A stretch of DNA of 64,000 bases from positions 25,792,001 to 25,856,000 of the forward strand of contig OX597836.1 in the NCBI GenBank assembly GCA_951406725.2. Reading direction: 5' to 3'. This DNA comes from Octopus vulgaris. Taxonomy: Eukaryota. The position numbers and the translations under genes were made by a program. The number at the start of each line of letters is the position of its first letter. Position 1 is the stretch's first letter. Of the stretch, positions 1 through 12,854 are shown one piece after another. The notes under the pieces are model-generated. The model had not been told where the DNA came from, did no database searches, and worked only from the letters and a program-made list of their open reading frames with translations.

Positions 1-1896
1 TCTCAATTTGATTCTGCCCATTCTTTTTTGCAGTCTGCCTGATTCGCTTTGCTTGCTTGGTAGCAGTGGTTTCTGGCTCTTCACCTGATTCAAGGTTAAT
101 GCCTAGTTCCCTTTCGAACTTATAAGCTTCCTTGACAATAGAATGCAGCTTTTTGCTGCTTTCGTGTTCACACACAAGTCGCAGCATCCAGTCGTTTGTA
201 CTAGATAGGTACCTGTTCATTCCTACAGTAGAGGTCTTATAGCACAGCTCCAATTGCATCATTCCTCTCCCCCGCTGCTTCTAGGTAGGTACAAGCGGTC
301 TACATCTGCCTTAGGGTGGTGCATGCTCCTGGATGTCAGTAACTTTCTTGTCTTCCTGTCCAAGCGTTGGAGTTCCGTAAGGTTCCAGTTAATGATGTTA
401 AAACTGTACTGGACTACTGGAAGTGCCAGGGTGTTAATGGCCTCAATGCAATTTTTGGAGTTGAGTTCAGTCTTCAGTACAAGCCTTATTCTCCTATAGT
501 ACTCCTTTCTTATTTTTTCCTTCATAGTAGCATGATGTATACCATCTCCTTCGTTGATTCCTAGGTATTTGTAGCTTTCTTGTGGGTCAAGTTCCTTGAT
601 GGTAGTGTCAATATCTAATTTAACAGAAGCTGTTTGCCTGAGCTTGCCTCTTACAAAAGTTGCTTTAGCACACTTATCAAGGCCAAAATCCATTCCGATA
701 TCATTGCTAAACTCTTTAACAGTTGTTAGCAGCCCTTCTAGCTCTTGGTCATTCTTGGCAAACAGCTTTAGATCGTCCATATAAAAAAGGTGGTTTATTA
801 ACTTGCTAAAAACTTTGTACCCATATCTGGCACTATCCAATTCGTTTGAGAGTGGGATCAGTGCCATGCAAAAAAGTAATGGAGAGAGGGAGTCACCTTG
901 AAAGATGCCTCGTTTGATGTTGATGCTGTTGGACTGGCTCATCCCATTACTATGGCTTAGAAAGAGACGTGTGTTCCACATGGTCATGCTATTCTCTAAG
1001 AATTTTGAGACGACAGGGGAGATCTTGTATATCTCAAGGGCCTTGAGTATCCATTTATGTGGGACACTGTCATACGCTTTCCTGTAGTCTATCCATGCCA
1101 TACTCAGGTTTTTGTTTTTGCTCCGGCAATTCTCTACAATCATTCTGTTTATGAGCAATTGGTCTTTGCACCCATAAGAGTTTCTTTTACAACCTTTTTG
1201 AGCTTGTGGAAGGATAGAATTTTGTTCAAGGAAAGCGTACATTCTCTCCGTTATTATGGATGTGAGGATTTTGTAGGTGGTGTTGAGACATGTTATTGGC
1301 CGGTAATTCTTTGGGTTTTTTGTGTCTTCGGTTTTAGGTAATAGGTAGGTGGTTCCTTCAGTCAGCCAAGCAGGTATTTGCTCTGGGTTCTGAATGACAT
1401 CAGACAGAGATGCAGCGAGATGTTCGTGTACCTCTGTCAAACAATTCAGCCAGAAGTTAGGGATCCGATCCAGTCCTGGGGTTTTCCATTTTTGAGCCTT
1501 CCTAAGGACACACCTTAGCTCCTCTATTCCTATTGCTTCCCATTTCTGTTCTTCAAGTTCATCCAGTCTCTCTTTCTCACGTTCTATCCAGTCAGCCTCA
1601 GCATTAAACTCTTTTTCGTTGCTCCATACCTTCTTCCAGAACTCCTCCACTTCCTCAATCTTAGGTGGATCTTCTATGTGTATTTTATTTTTGCCAATTT
1701 CCCTATAAAATTTCTTTGCATCTGTCTTAAAAAATTTATTTTGTCGATAAAATTTGTTTCTTTTGTCATACCTTCTAAGCCGTTGAGCTTTCAACTGTAT
1801 CCGTTGTTTCAACAGTTCCTTAGTTGCAGGGAGGTTTATGAGATCTTTGATTTTATATTTTTGCTTGATTTTTCTAGCTTTTCTCGGCTTCTCCTC

Positions 1897-1899
<3 letters not shown>
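1..1899 (-). mobile_element. R4/Dong-clade non-LTR retrotransposon, 5'-truncated, RT domain and downstream region, runs off the window start
   Basis: ORF 259..2052(-) contains the RT motifs KTPGLDRIPNFW, YRPITCLNTTYK, QKGC, AWIDYRKAYDSVPH, GIFQGDSLSPLLF, HLFYMDDLKL, FGLDKC and RLYLPRSSGG. Its poly-I N-terminus is only the adjacent (TAA)n tract. After a 1-nt shift in the C5 run at 269-273 the frame continues RGMMQLELCYKTSTVGMNRYL...AKKNGQNQIE with no stop to position 1. Confidence 0.92.
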
Positions 1900-1980
<81 letters not shown>

Positions 1981-1991
1981 CATCATCATCA

Positions 1992-2032
<41 letters not shown>

Positions 2033-2052
2033 GTCATCGTCGTCGTCGTCAT
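1897..2052. repeat. (ATT)n/(ATC)n/(GTC)n compound microsatellite at the 5' junction of the Dong element
   Basis: Direct reading. Confidence 0.95.
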
Positions 2053-2300
2053 CGTAACAATAGCATTTACTTGTCGCTGTGACTGATATTGCTACTAGGG
2101 TGAAGATTGGACGAAACCCCCTTGTGATATTTGTTCCACCTCATAGAGTTCTGTGCTCAAATCCTGCCGAGGTGACCGTTGACATTTTTTGACTGACATC
2201 TCCATAACTGACATCGATTTCATTGATCGTAACATACCCCCACCCCTTCTCAAATATCAATATTATTATTGCTGGCGTCGGTGTTTTTGTTTTTGTTAAT

Positions 2301-2362
<62 letters not shown>

Positions 2363-2614
2363 AGTAATACCAGCGTTGCAGATGAAACAACGTTGCCGTA
2401 GTAACGTTGCAGCAGCAGCAGCAACCGTAGAAGAACAGAGTAGTAGTAGTAGCGGCAGTAGTAGTAGTAGCGGCAGTAGTAGTAGTAGCAGCAGCAGTAG
2501 TAGTTGCCCGGGTGGTGGTGGTGGCGGTGGTGGTAGTAGTTGTAGCAATAGTGGTGGTAGGGTAGTAATAGTGATCGTGATAGTAATAGTGGTATAGTGT
2601 TAGTGGTGGTCGAG

Positions 2615-2673
<59 letters not shown>
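2301..2673. repeat. (CAG)n, (GGT)n, (TAG)n compound trinucleotide microsatellites
   Basis: Direct reading. Confidence 0.95.
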
Positions 2674-2675
<2 letters not shown>

Positions 2676-3027
2676 ATCTGTTATTGAAGTGACGTTAGTC
2701 GTTTTTTTGTGTGAGTCGTTTCAAAATTAAATTAAATTCCATTTACCTTTTGTATGTTAAGTTTAATTGAAATGTAATCAGCAGCAGGTGTGAACATTCA
2801 CCTACATTCACCTGGCATGTTTGTGTATAGGCGTGGAATGGCGCATACAGGTGGAAATACATACATGCATATATATGTACCCATATTATACCATACATCA
2901 TATGTATACACACACACACACACACACATGTATAAATATAAAATCGATGAATGAACCGGAAGATGGATTTGGTATTAGTCTTTATTCAGTACAAATTACA
3001 CATACACATCAAATATATTGTTCATAT

Positions 3028-3101
<74 letters not shown>

Positions 3102-3127
3102 ATGTATATATGTATGTATATATTATG

Positions 3128-3166
<39 letters not shown>

Positions 3167-3281
3167 ATTGTAAGGGCTTAGTAAAAATTTTCTAGCCTAT
3201 ATGCTGAGCAATAGACGCTAAGCGAGTGATTACTGTATATGTATGTATGTATGTATGCAGGTATGTATGTATATAGATACA

Positions 3282-3330
<49 letters not shown>

Positions 3331-3336
<6 letters not shown>

Positions 3337-4370
3337 ATCACTCGCTCTATGGTGCTTCACCTATCGCGCCCTCAGTACATCGCATATTTTTCTGGCTAAT
3401 GTATGTAAATTTATGGGGCGGCGGCGAGCTGGCAGAAACGTTAGCACGCCGGGCGAATTGCATAGCCGTATCTCGTCTGCCGTTTCGTTCTGAGTTCAAA
3501 TTCCGCCGAGGTTGACTTTGCCTTTCATCCTTTCGAGGTCGATTAAATAAGTACCAGTAACGCACTGGGGCCGATGTAATCGACCTAATCCCCTTGCCTG
3601 TCTTTGATCGATTCCTCAATGTTTAGCTCCCTGTGACCAATAAAGAAATAAATATATGAAAATTTATATCGCAGACCCTTCAGTATATCGCGGGTTTCTG
3701 CGGCCTATAGGTGTTTTTTTAGATTTTAATCATTTCTGTGATAAAATAAGCATTTCCACGCCTAAAAATTAATAAATTAATAAATAAAAATACAGTACTG
3801 TACTGTATAACACAGTAGTTAAGATATATCAAAAGAAAATACGTAGTGTACCGTAGATGAGTAAGCAAAGAATCTCTCATACTGTATGGAAAATGAAACT
3901 CGGGAGGCGAGTGTATGGTACTGTTTTGCATTTGTGTGTAAAATTGTGAATTTATTTCAAGCCCTATGATGTTGCCCAAACGTTCTGCACCTTCTAAGGC
4001 TCAAGAAAAAACGGCAAAAGAACTTCAGAGAATTGCGGGAGATTGGAACCTAAGATGATTGGTGCGTTGCAGTTCAGACATGAAATCGACGGAACCATGG
4101 AAGTTTATAAAAACCTCCTTACACAGAGGACAAAGCAACGCCAGCAAACTGTACATCACTATGTTTCTCACCCACAAAACAAGAGAAGACACGGGTGCTC
4201 CTACGAGTATGGGAGAAATTTATACAAGCTTAAATATATAAAAATAATAAAACGAATATATACAAATTATAAAAATAAAATAAAAAAATATACAGTACAG
4301 TACTGTTTCTACTTCGCGGATATTCACCTATCGCGGGGTATCTTGGAACGTACACCCGCGATAGCCGATG
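3331..4370 (+). mobile_element. pogo/Tigger-like internally deleted DNA transposon, interrupted by a SINE
   Basis: Start cagagtaatcactcgct...cacctatcgcg and end ttcgcggatattcacctatcgcgggg...gaacgtacacccgcgata resemble Tigger-type termini. Remnant peptides MLPKRSAPSKA (~3970) and LQFRHEIDGTMEVYKNLL. An inverted copy of the terminus, agcgagtgattactgta, lies at 3221-3237. Confidence 0.6.
3415..3654 (+). mobile_element. tRNA-derived SINE family A, full length
   Basis: Head ggcggcgagctggcagaaacgttagc, B-box-like gagttcaaattcc, central gccgaggttgactttgcctttcatcctttcgaggtcga..taagtaccag. 13-bp TSD tatg(t/a)aaatttat at 3402-3414 and 3655-3667. Confidence 0.9.
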
Positions 4371-4461
4371 TATGTATATGTATATGTATATGTATATTTC
4401 ACGTAGGCATTGCGAGAATAACAACCTGGTTTAGAACTCAATATACGTATGTTTATATGTT

Positions 4462-5341
4462 TACGAGGGGGTATCAAAAGGTTCCATGATTAGTTCTCTA
4501 GCGCGCCAACAGATGGCAGCACACGGTTGTGTGCACAATGGGAGCTAGCAGTAACCTTCATGAGGCAGTGCGCCGAGTGGTGCCATCACTGTGTTTACTT
4601 CGCAAGTTGTGAAGTTTGTGTTTTTGTGCTCTTGTGTATGCTGTAGTCTGCGATTTTCGTTATGGACAGGAACAAAGAGCCAACGTGAAATTTGGCGTAA
4701 AACTTGGGAAGTCTGCTGCAGAGACATTGAGCATGCTTCAGGAAACATAAGGCAACGCGGCATTGGGTCTTACGCAATTGTTTTGAGTTGCAAGGGCGTT
4801 TCAAATACGTAAGAATATGCCACGCGCATCACTCCCGGAAACGTGGTATTCCTCGTCCTCCAGGGCCAGACTGTAAATCGATAGTTTCACTGCGATGTTT
4901 TGAAGCGTTTGATGAAGAATATTCGGCGGAAGCGACCGGATCTGTGGAGCACGAAGAATTAGATTCTTCACGCCATCAATACACCCTACCATCGAGCTCT
5001 CCTGGCTCGTACGTTTTTCACCAAAAACAACATGATATCGCTCCAGCATCTGCTCTATTCACCAGAGTTTTCACCTGTGGACTTACATCTTTTCCCCAAG
5101 ATGAAAATACAGCTCAAGGTTCGCCGTTTTAACACCTTTGTCAAGACTGAGCGAATCACAGAAGGCCCTCGACACGCTTACGGAAAACGGTTTCCAGGCT
5201 GGATTCCAAAAGTGACAGGAACGCTGGGACCATTGTATTGCTGCGTAAGGTGACTATTTCGAAGGAGAGGATGTTAAAATTTAGGTAAATAAGTTATTTA
5301 TTATTAAACATAACTAGTCCGGGAACATATTAATACTCGTA
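4462..5341 (+). mobile_element. Degraded mariner-like DNA transposon
   Basis: Imperfect TIRs tacgagggggtatcaaaaggttcc / gggaacatattaatactcgta. Peptide QHLLYSPEFSPVDLHLFPKMKIQLKVRRF resembles the mariner HPPYSPDLAPxDFxLFPxLK motif. Confidence 0.8.
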
Positions 5342-5385
5342 TATATACATATATATACGCGCATATTTACACATACACACATATA

Positions 5386-5575
5386 TAGGGAGAGTTTACG
5401 TAAAAAACAAAAGACGAAGACAGGTGGTGTACAAAACAAACATATGTTATTAGTATAACGATCAGGAGTAGAAAAAGTCTTTTACGTTTCGAGCCTACGC
5501 TCTTCTACAGAAAGGGACACAGAAAAAACAAGGAGAGAAAAAAAATGTGTGTAGTGGCTAACGATCTATCATGGC
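5386..5575 (-). mobile_element. Short Penelope-like terminal-repeat fragment with variant minimal hammerhead fold (5479-5514)
   Basis: Minus strand reads CUUU-CUGUAGA-A-GAGC(GUAG)GCUC-GAAAC-GUA-AAAG. Flanked by TA/CA-rich simple repeats. Confidence 0.5.
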
Positions 5576-6049
5576 ACATCATGGCACATATATATACACA
5601 CTTATATGCACATACATATGTATCTATACATATGCATACATAAATAGACATATGTGTGTGTGTATGTGTGCATACATAAGTATGTGTGTGTGTGTGTGCG
5701 TGTGTGTGTGCGTGTGTTGAAAAAAAGCATACATTTGCCTGGCCGTGTCTTGCAGTGTTTTTTCTTCTTTTGTTTCAGTTGGTGTCGAAATATAATTTTT
5801 ATCGCTAAGTTAGAAGGAAGATCAGTGCGCATGACTGTATACAGGGACTTTTTCAGCATTTGGAGGTGAGGGAGGGGGCAGAAAAAGAATGAGAGTATCT
5901 CCAAATCAGTGATTGGGTCCAAATGCCTCCAACAACGTAGATTTTACCAAAAGCATCCGACGGAGCCGGTGGTGGTGGTGGTGGTGGTGGTGGTGGTGGT
6001 GGTGGTGGGGGCGGATGAATTGTCTCGCCCCAGGAGGAGGTCACAGCGA

Positions 6050-6497
6050 GAAGTGAACTCAGAACTTAACGGTCAATAAGAAATATCACAAGACAGCACG
6101 AATAACAGTTTAAGAGATTCGAGAATAGCCCTCCATAGAATGATACTTTAATGATCGATCCCGAATGGGTGAAAAGAAGGTGACCTCGGCGGGATTCGAA
6201 CCTAGAACTGAATAAGCAGTAAATACGTAGAGCGAGGCTTTTCGTCCCGACTTTCTGACGATTCTGCCAATAATTCACCGCTATTTATATTGATTTCAAA
6301 TTTTGGCACAAGGCCAGCAATTTTAGGAATCAAGTCGATTACATAGATCCTAGCGTTCAGCTGGTACTTTGTTTATCGACCCCGAAAGGATGATAGGCAA
6401 AGTCGACTTCGGCGGAATTTGAACTCAGAGCGATTAGGCGGACTAAATGACGCTACGCATTTTCGCCGATATGCTAGCGATTTTTCCATCGCCGCCA
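6050..6497 (-). mobile_element. Cluster of SINE family A copies (one ~6290-6497, plus older fragments)
   Basis: Matches the other copies, e.g. atcgaccccgaaaggatga..ggcaaagtcgacttcggcggaatttgaactcag. Confidence 0.8.
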
Positions 6498-6576
6498 TGT
6501 ATATCACTGTAAACCAAGTTTAAAGAGAAACTTAATGGATTTCTGTTTGAACAGACATTCTTACGGCATGGTAAGT

Positions 6577-6770
6577 CACACACACGCACACACACACACA
6601 CACACACACATACACGCACACACACACACACATGCACACACACACACACACTCTCTCTTATTCTCTCTCACACACGCACATAAATACATGATATATATTA
6701 TGCTACAAATACGTATGTGTGTATGTTTATATAAACATACTCATATATACACATATACATTCATACGCAT

Positions 6771-6801
<31 letters not shown>

Positions 6802-6816
6802 CATACATATATATTT

Positions 6817-6853
<37 letters not shown>

Positions 6854-6872
6854 CAAAAAATATATATATGTA

Positions 6873-6931
<59 letters not shown>

Positions 6932-6940
6932 GTATGTATG

Positions 6941-6972
<32 letters not shown>

Positions 6973-7145
6973 TCGATCTTCACTCCACACACACAAAAAA
7001 AAATTGATTATAAAGAAACAATAAATGTTAATGTTTAACCTCTTCAAGAAACGGCAATAAATCAAGAAGAAGGAGAAGAAGAAGAAGAAGAAGAAGAAGA
7101 AGAAGAAGAAGAAGAAGAAGAAGAAGAAGAAGAAGAAGAAGAAAG
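6577..7145. repeat. (CA)n, (TA)n, (TATG)n, (GAA)n microsatellites
   Basis: Direct reading. Confidence 0.95.
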
Positions 7146-7401
7146 ATATAGACATTTTAATCGGATTAACCCTTTTCTGAACGAACAAAAACATGGTCCC
7201 TGTCAAAACTGTACAGTTCTGACAATTTTTAAGATTGGCCCGGGATATTGAACCCAGAGAGATTTTATTGATAGTTTTGAAAAATTTTATATTATAAAGG
7301 AGGAAAAAAAAAGCATTTAACCTGAAAGAAATAGGATAAAGAGATGAGAAAAATATCGGAGAAGAAAATACAAGACAATCGATTAGAGAAGTTCAATAAA
7401 T

Positions 7402-7471
<70 letters not shown>

Positions 7472-7949
7472 CACACACACGCACAAATATATATATATAA
7501 ATCTTCATTATGTATGTATGAAAAATAGATGGCGCTGTCGTCGCAATGTCTGATATATGGGACGGAGATTGACAATTTAACTTTCAATATTTCAAAAGCA
7601 CGTATTATGTTAGAAGAAACGAAAAAAATTGTTCGTATTGAAACATAAGATGGCGATTCTAAGCTACTTGATAAAACGTTAATCTGATTTACAGCCTCCT
7701 CTTCTTTTTTCGCCCCTCCTCGTATATGAGACAAGCGGGTTGATATCGGCAGATTGTTTTGCCAAGCACCTATATATATATATATATATACATATAAAGT
7801 TATGGTATATTCCGTTAAGAACGTAATAGAGTACAGTATATATCTCGTTCACCTTCAGAATTACTCTGTGCTATCCGGTAGTAGTATTATACATATTTCC
7901 AAGTTTGCACTTGGGCTTTCATCATGTGTGACTCCAATTTCTTTAATCA

Positions 7950-7980
<31 letters not shown>

Positions 7981-8251
7981 GCGCAAATCCGTATATATGT
8001 ATACATTTACACAGTAAGACACGCTCACGTGTGCACGAGCGCGCACATACATTTCAGTGCCGATGCGACGAACTTTCTGACTTTGTGTTACTTGGTAAGT
8101 TTTACTGATGAAATGAAATAATAAAAACAATACATGCATATATATATTTATGTACATATATACGACATACATGCATAACGAACACAAACACAAGCATAAA
8201 TCTCTACCTATCAATCTCTCTCTCTCTCTCCCTCTCTCTTTCCTTCAGTGT

Positions 8252-8292
<41 letters not shown>

Positions 8293-8401
8293 TTATTTAT
8301 ATTTCCTGAGCGCCATACTAATACAATTGTTCCGTTTGTATTCCACCTGCGTGGCATCTTTTGTCTAGTTTCATAAACTTCTATATATATATATATATAT
8401 A

Positions 8402-8463
<62 letters not shown>

Positions 8464-8468
<5 letters not shown>

Positions 8469-8769
8469 TATGTGGTATATATCCCTGCGTGGCATCTTGG
8501 GCAAGTGTCTTCTGCTATATCGGGCCGACCAAAGTTGTGTGGATTTGTGACGGAAACTGTGTGTGTGTGTGTATGTGTATATGATTGTGTGTCTGTGTTT
8601 GTCCCTCTAGCATTGCTTGACAACCGGTGCTGGTGTGTTTACGTCCCCGTCACCTAGCGGATCGGCAAAAGACCGATAGAATAATTACTGGGGTCGATTT
8701 GCTCGACCAAAGGCGGTGCTCCAGCATGGCCGCTGTCAAATGACTGAAACAAGTAAATGAGTAAAGAGT
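8464..8769 (+). mobile_element. SINE family D with an internal (TG)n tract
   Basis: ctgcgtggcatcttgggcaagtgtcttct...cttgacaaccggtgctggtgtgtttacgtccccgt...gctccagcatggccgc..tcaaatgactgaaacaagtaa. The 3' half recurs inverted at 12648, 40765, 48090 and 61132. Confidence 0.8.
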
Positions 8770-9155
8770 ATATATGTATATGTATATATATATATATGAA
8801 TAAATGCATACACACATCTATTTATATATATGTGTAGAGTATATACGTACAAACAAACATTTATTGTATGACAAAATATTTATAATATATTTAGTATATT
8901 TTATATTTTGCTGCATATTTCTCGAACATTCAACAAGAAATAAATCCATAATCCGACTTGGATTGCAAACTCATTGAATGCATAAATGTTTTGAATTCCT
9001 AAAATACATAAATCTTGAACGCGATGGAGTTTCGATTACATAAAGAGATCTCTAGGAATGGAAGTTATGTTTTATATAAAGTTCTTTGGGAGGAAATTGG
9101 AATAAAATATGGAATAAAATTTCATCGATACACCTTAACAATGACCTAGCTTAGA

Positions 9156-9691
9156 ATGTATGTATGTATGTATGTATGTATGTATGTATGTATGTATGTA
9201 TGTATGTATGTATGTATGTATGTATGTATGTATGTATGTATGTATGTATGAATGTATGTATGTATGCATGTATGTATGTATGTATGTATGTATGTATGTA
9301 TGTATGTATGTATGTATGTATGTATGTATGTATGTATGTATGTATGTATGTATGTATGTATGTATGTATGTATGTATGTATGTATGTATGTGTATGTATG
9401 TATGTATGTATGTATGTATGTGTGTGTGTGTATGTATGTATGTATGTATGTATGTATGTATGTATGTATGTATGTATGTATGTATGTATGTATGTATGTA
9501 TGTATATTCTGGAAGAATTTAGTTTATTTTTTTAAAGCCTTCAGCAAGAAGTCTTGCTATAGTTTGAGGGCAGCAGAAATCAATATAGGATCAATATACA
9601 AAATAAATAGATGACATCAAATTGGATTATACTGTACATATGTCATTATACATATATATCTTTATCCCAAAGAAAATATTTATTCGTAATA

Positions 9692-9727
<36 letters not shown>

Positions 9728-9771
9728 TGTATGTATGTATGTATGTATGTATGTATGTATGTATGTATGTA

Positions 9772-9807
<36 letters not shown>
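9156..9807. repeat. Long (TATG)n tracts (9156-9505, 9698-9777) and (TG)n
   Basis: Direct reading. Confidence 0.95.
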
Positions 9808-9809
<2 letters not shown>

Positions 9810-9911
9810 GCAAGACTAAGAGTAGATGTGATAGTTTTATTTTTATTCCTTCATTACAATCGTTTCAACACTAAATGGTTCAAATGCTTCATCAATTAAC
9901 GATTGTGTGAA

Positions 9912-10128
9912 TTTGGTTTCAAACTTTGGCTCAAGGCCAACAATTTCGTGGGAGTTGGGTAAGTCGATCACATCAATACCAATGCTTGACTGGTGCTTAT
10001 TTTATCGATTCTGAAAGGATGAAAAGCAAAGTCAACCTCGGCGGGATTTGAACTCAGAACGTAAAGACGGACGAAATACCGCCAAACACTTTACCCTGCG
10101 TGCTAACGATTCTGCCAGATCAACGCCT
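9912..10128 (-). mobile_element. SINE family A
   Basis: Matches the other family A copies. Confidence 0.85.
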
Positions 10129-10211
10129 TATGGTCGTGTAATATCAAAACAAAAATTTACAAGCAATCCGTGCACATTTTAACCTATATGTGTGTATGTT
10201 TTGTATATGTG

Positions 10212-10277
<66 letters not shown>

Positions 10278-10796
10278 TGTATAGATTGTTTGAGATGGTG
10301 TACAGATTTTATATGTTAAGAGAAAGGAAGTTGTCTGAATTATTGGAAATTATTTATTTAGCGCTTTCATCTCTCTTCGAGAGAATCACCATGAATGATT
10401 CTCCAGAAAAGAGACCAAAACGCTAAATCGCTTTTCTAACCAGGCTTCTGTGCTGAGCTGGATATAAATATTACCGTTCCGCATTAATACTGCTTCCGTC
10501 ACTAATAATTAATTATTAAGAAGCCTGCGGGCTATTTGCGTCATCACTATCTGAAAAGATGTTGGTATATTCTATATATCGTAGCAACGATATTTGACAG
10601 CCATGCGGTGAACGACACACTTCCCACTAACACGGTCAGTCGACCGGAATCACGTAATCTGGGAATTCCGGCGGCCATGACAGACGATTCCCGTCTGTCA
10701 CGGGTGTGCGCATTTGTGCACCAAATACCTTTATGAGAAGACTTCTTAAGGATAATAATGCAGTATACAGTGCTCTATCAAAACGCTCACGTTAAG

Positions 10797-10843
10797 ATAA
10801 TAATAATAATAATAATTAATAATAGTAATTAATAATAATAATG

Positions 10844-10883
<40 letters not shown>

Positions 10884-10912
10884 TAATAATAATAATAATA
10901 ATGATGATGATG

Positions 10913-10953
<41 letters not shown>

Positions 10954-11083
10954 TAATAATAGTAATTAATAATAATAATGATGATAATATTAATAATAGT
11001 AATTAATAATAATAATGATGATAATAATAATAATAATAATAATGATGATGATAATAATAATAATGATGATAATAATAATATAA

Positions 11084-11115
<32 letters not shown>

Positions 11116-11124
11116 TATTATTAT

Positions 11125-11199
<75 letters not shown>

Positions 11200-11213
11200 T
11201 AATAATAATAATG

Positions 11214-11285
<72 letters not shown>
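10797..11285. repeat. ~490 bp (TAA)n/(TGA)n tract
   Basis: Direct reading. Confidence 0.95.
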
Positions 11286-11286
<1 letters not shown>

Positions 11287-12640
11287 AGCCGGGTAGGCTG
11301 TACTGGTTAGCCTTGGGTGGTAAGCAGCCTAAGAGAAGGAACACTCCAGGCCCCAAACCAGGGGAGCAAGGACCCTGCTGCTTTGGCGGACTGCCTTGAG
11401 AGAGATGGTGTCTCGAGAGAAATCCCGGTTGGTAGTAACCTAAAAACACACCTCATTTGTGAGTGAAAATGTTAAGCAAAATAAATGATTATAACGGTGT
11501 AAAGGTGAAGTTGCCGCACCAAGCAAGTGCCGCACCCTTGTACTAGTCAGATAATGCAATGGGCTCGAAAACGCAAGTAGTCTGTTGATATGAACCAAGA
11601 GGCGATCCAGTGCCATGAACAAGTGTTGGCAGACAAGAACAATAGCAAATGTAAAGATATCGGAAAAAGATCATTAGAACTCTGGATCCAGCTGGATATG
11701 TTCCAGATTGCTGAAAATGCATTTATGAATCAGATAAGAATAATTCGAAAGAGAGTCTTTCTTAATGAAGCCCTGATTCAGAAAATCAGGAAAAGCCTCT
11801 GTAGTGGTGGGAATCTCGAAGAGAATAACGTAGGTGAAAATCAGCGAATGCGTAACCAAGGTGAAGTTGTAGTGGAGGAGAGGCCGGCCAATCAATATAA
11901 TGTAGAAAACCCTGAAATAAGTGAGGATATGGAGAGGAACAGAGAAACCTCAGGAATAGACTCGCGGATAATATAATGATTATAAGAACAGAGACTAAGT
12001 CGGCGAATCTAAGAAGCTTCAACCGTAATAATGTGAAACGCACAACTGAAAAAGTTGATGAGATTCTGAAATACATTCTGACAAAAGATCTAACGGAAAC
12101 AAGGGACTTGATCAGATCCGCTTCAGTTTTAATAGGTGAACTGGTTGGAGAGGAAGAGAGGAACGTAAACGGACAGAAGGAGCCATGGTGGAAGCGGAGA
12201 ATTGAAGGCGATATTCTATCTTTGCGCAAAGATCTGAACCGCATAGATGAGTGGTCCAAGGGGTAATGGAAAAACGGAAAAGAATAATGCAAGGGCGTAT
12301 CTTGACGCGAAGTACCCAATAGAAAAGAAATGGTTCAAAACTTGTCATCGAAACCCTAAAACAATGTGTACATTAAAGGTACAGCGCTACACTGATTGCA
12401 TATCACAGTTCCAGCAAAACCGGTTATTTTCAAAATAACCAGTTGCTGTTTTTTAAGGGCTTTGGAGGACATCTAGAAGATAATACACCTCCCGAGCGGA
12501 AGAAACTCGCCAATTTTGGAATAACATCGGGAGGGAAGAAGTTTCGCACATCCACAGTGCTGAGTGGAAACATTCCGTGAGGTTCGAGCTCCATCATCCG
12601 TAGGCCCCACGATAGGACCATACGTGCATAACAACGGAAG
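11284..12640 (+). mobile_element. 5' portion (UTR and pre-RT ORF region) of a degraded R4/Dong-clade retrotransposon
   Basis: Frameshifted peptides KRSLELWIQLDMFQIAENAFMNQIRIIRKR, LTETRDLIRSASVLIGE, KEPWWKRRIEGDILSLRKDL, QRYTDCISQFQQNRLF and FWNNIGREEVSHIHSAEW. The last two align with RRYDKRNKFYRQNKFF and FWKKVWSNEKEFNAEADW of the element at 1-1899. Begins directly after (TAA)n. Confidence 0.8.
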
Positions 12641-12647
12641 ATGTTAT

Positions 12648-12785
12648 CGACCCTAATACTTACTTGTTGTAAAGCCTGGCATTTATTCTATCGCGGCCCT
12701 TTCGACAAACTGCTAAGTTACGAAGACGTAAACACACCAATACCCGTTGTCAAGCGGCAATGGGGTGGGGCGCAAATACAAAGAT

Positions 12786-12790
<5 letters not shown>
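12648..12790 (-). mobile_element. SINE family D fragment
   Basis: ctaagttacgaagacgtaaacacaccaatacccgttgtcaagcg. Confidence 0.7.
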
Positions 12791-12832
<42 letters not shown>

Positions 12833-12854
12833 CACATAATTACACACATGCATA

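Noticed and set aside
1900-2052. Hydrophobic poly-Ile N-terminus on the RT ORF (apparent membrane anchor)
   Set aside because: It is the in-frame (ATA)n target microsatellite, not part of the element
4503-4525. CTCF-like CCAACAGATGGCAGCAC
   Set aside because: Lies inside a mariner remnant, and a motif alone is not evidence of binding
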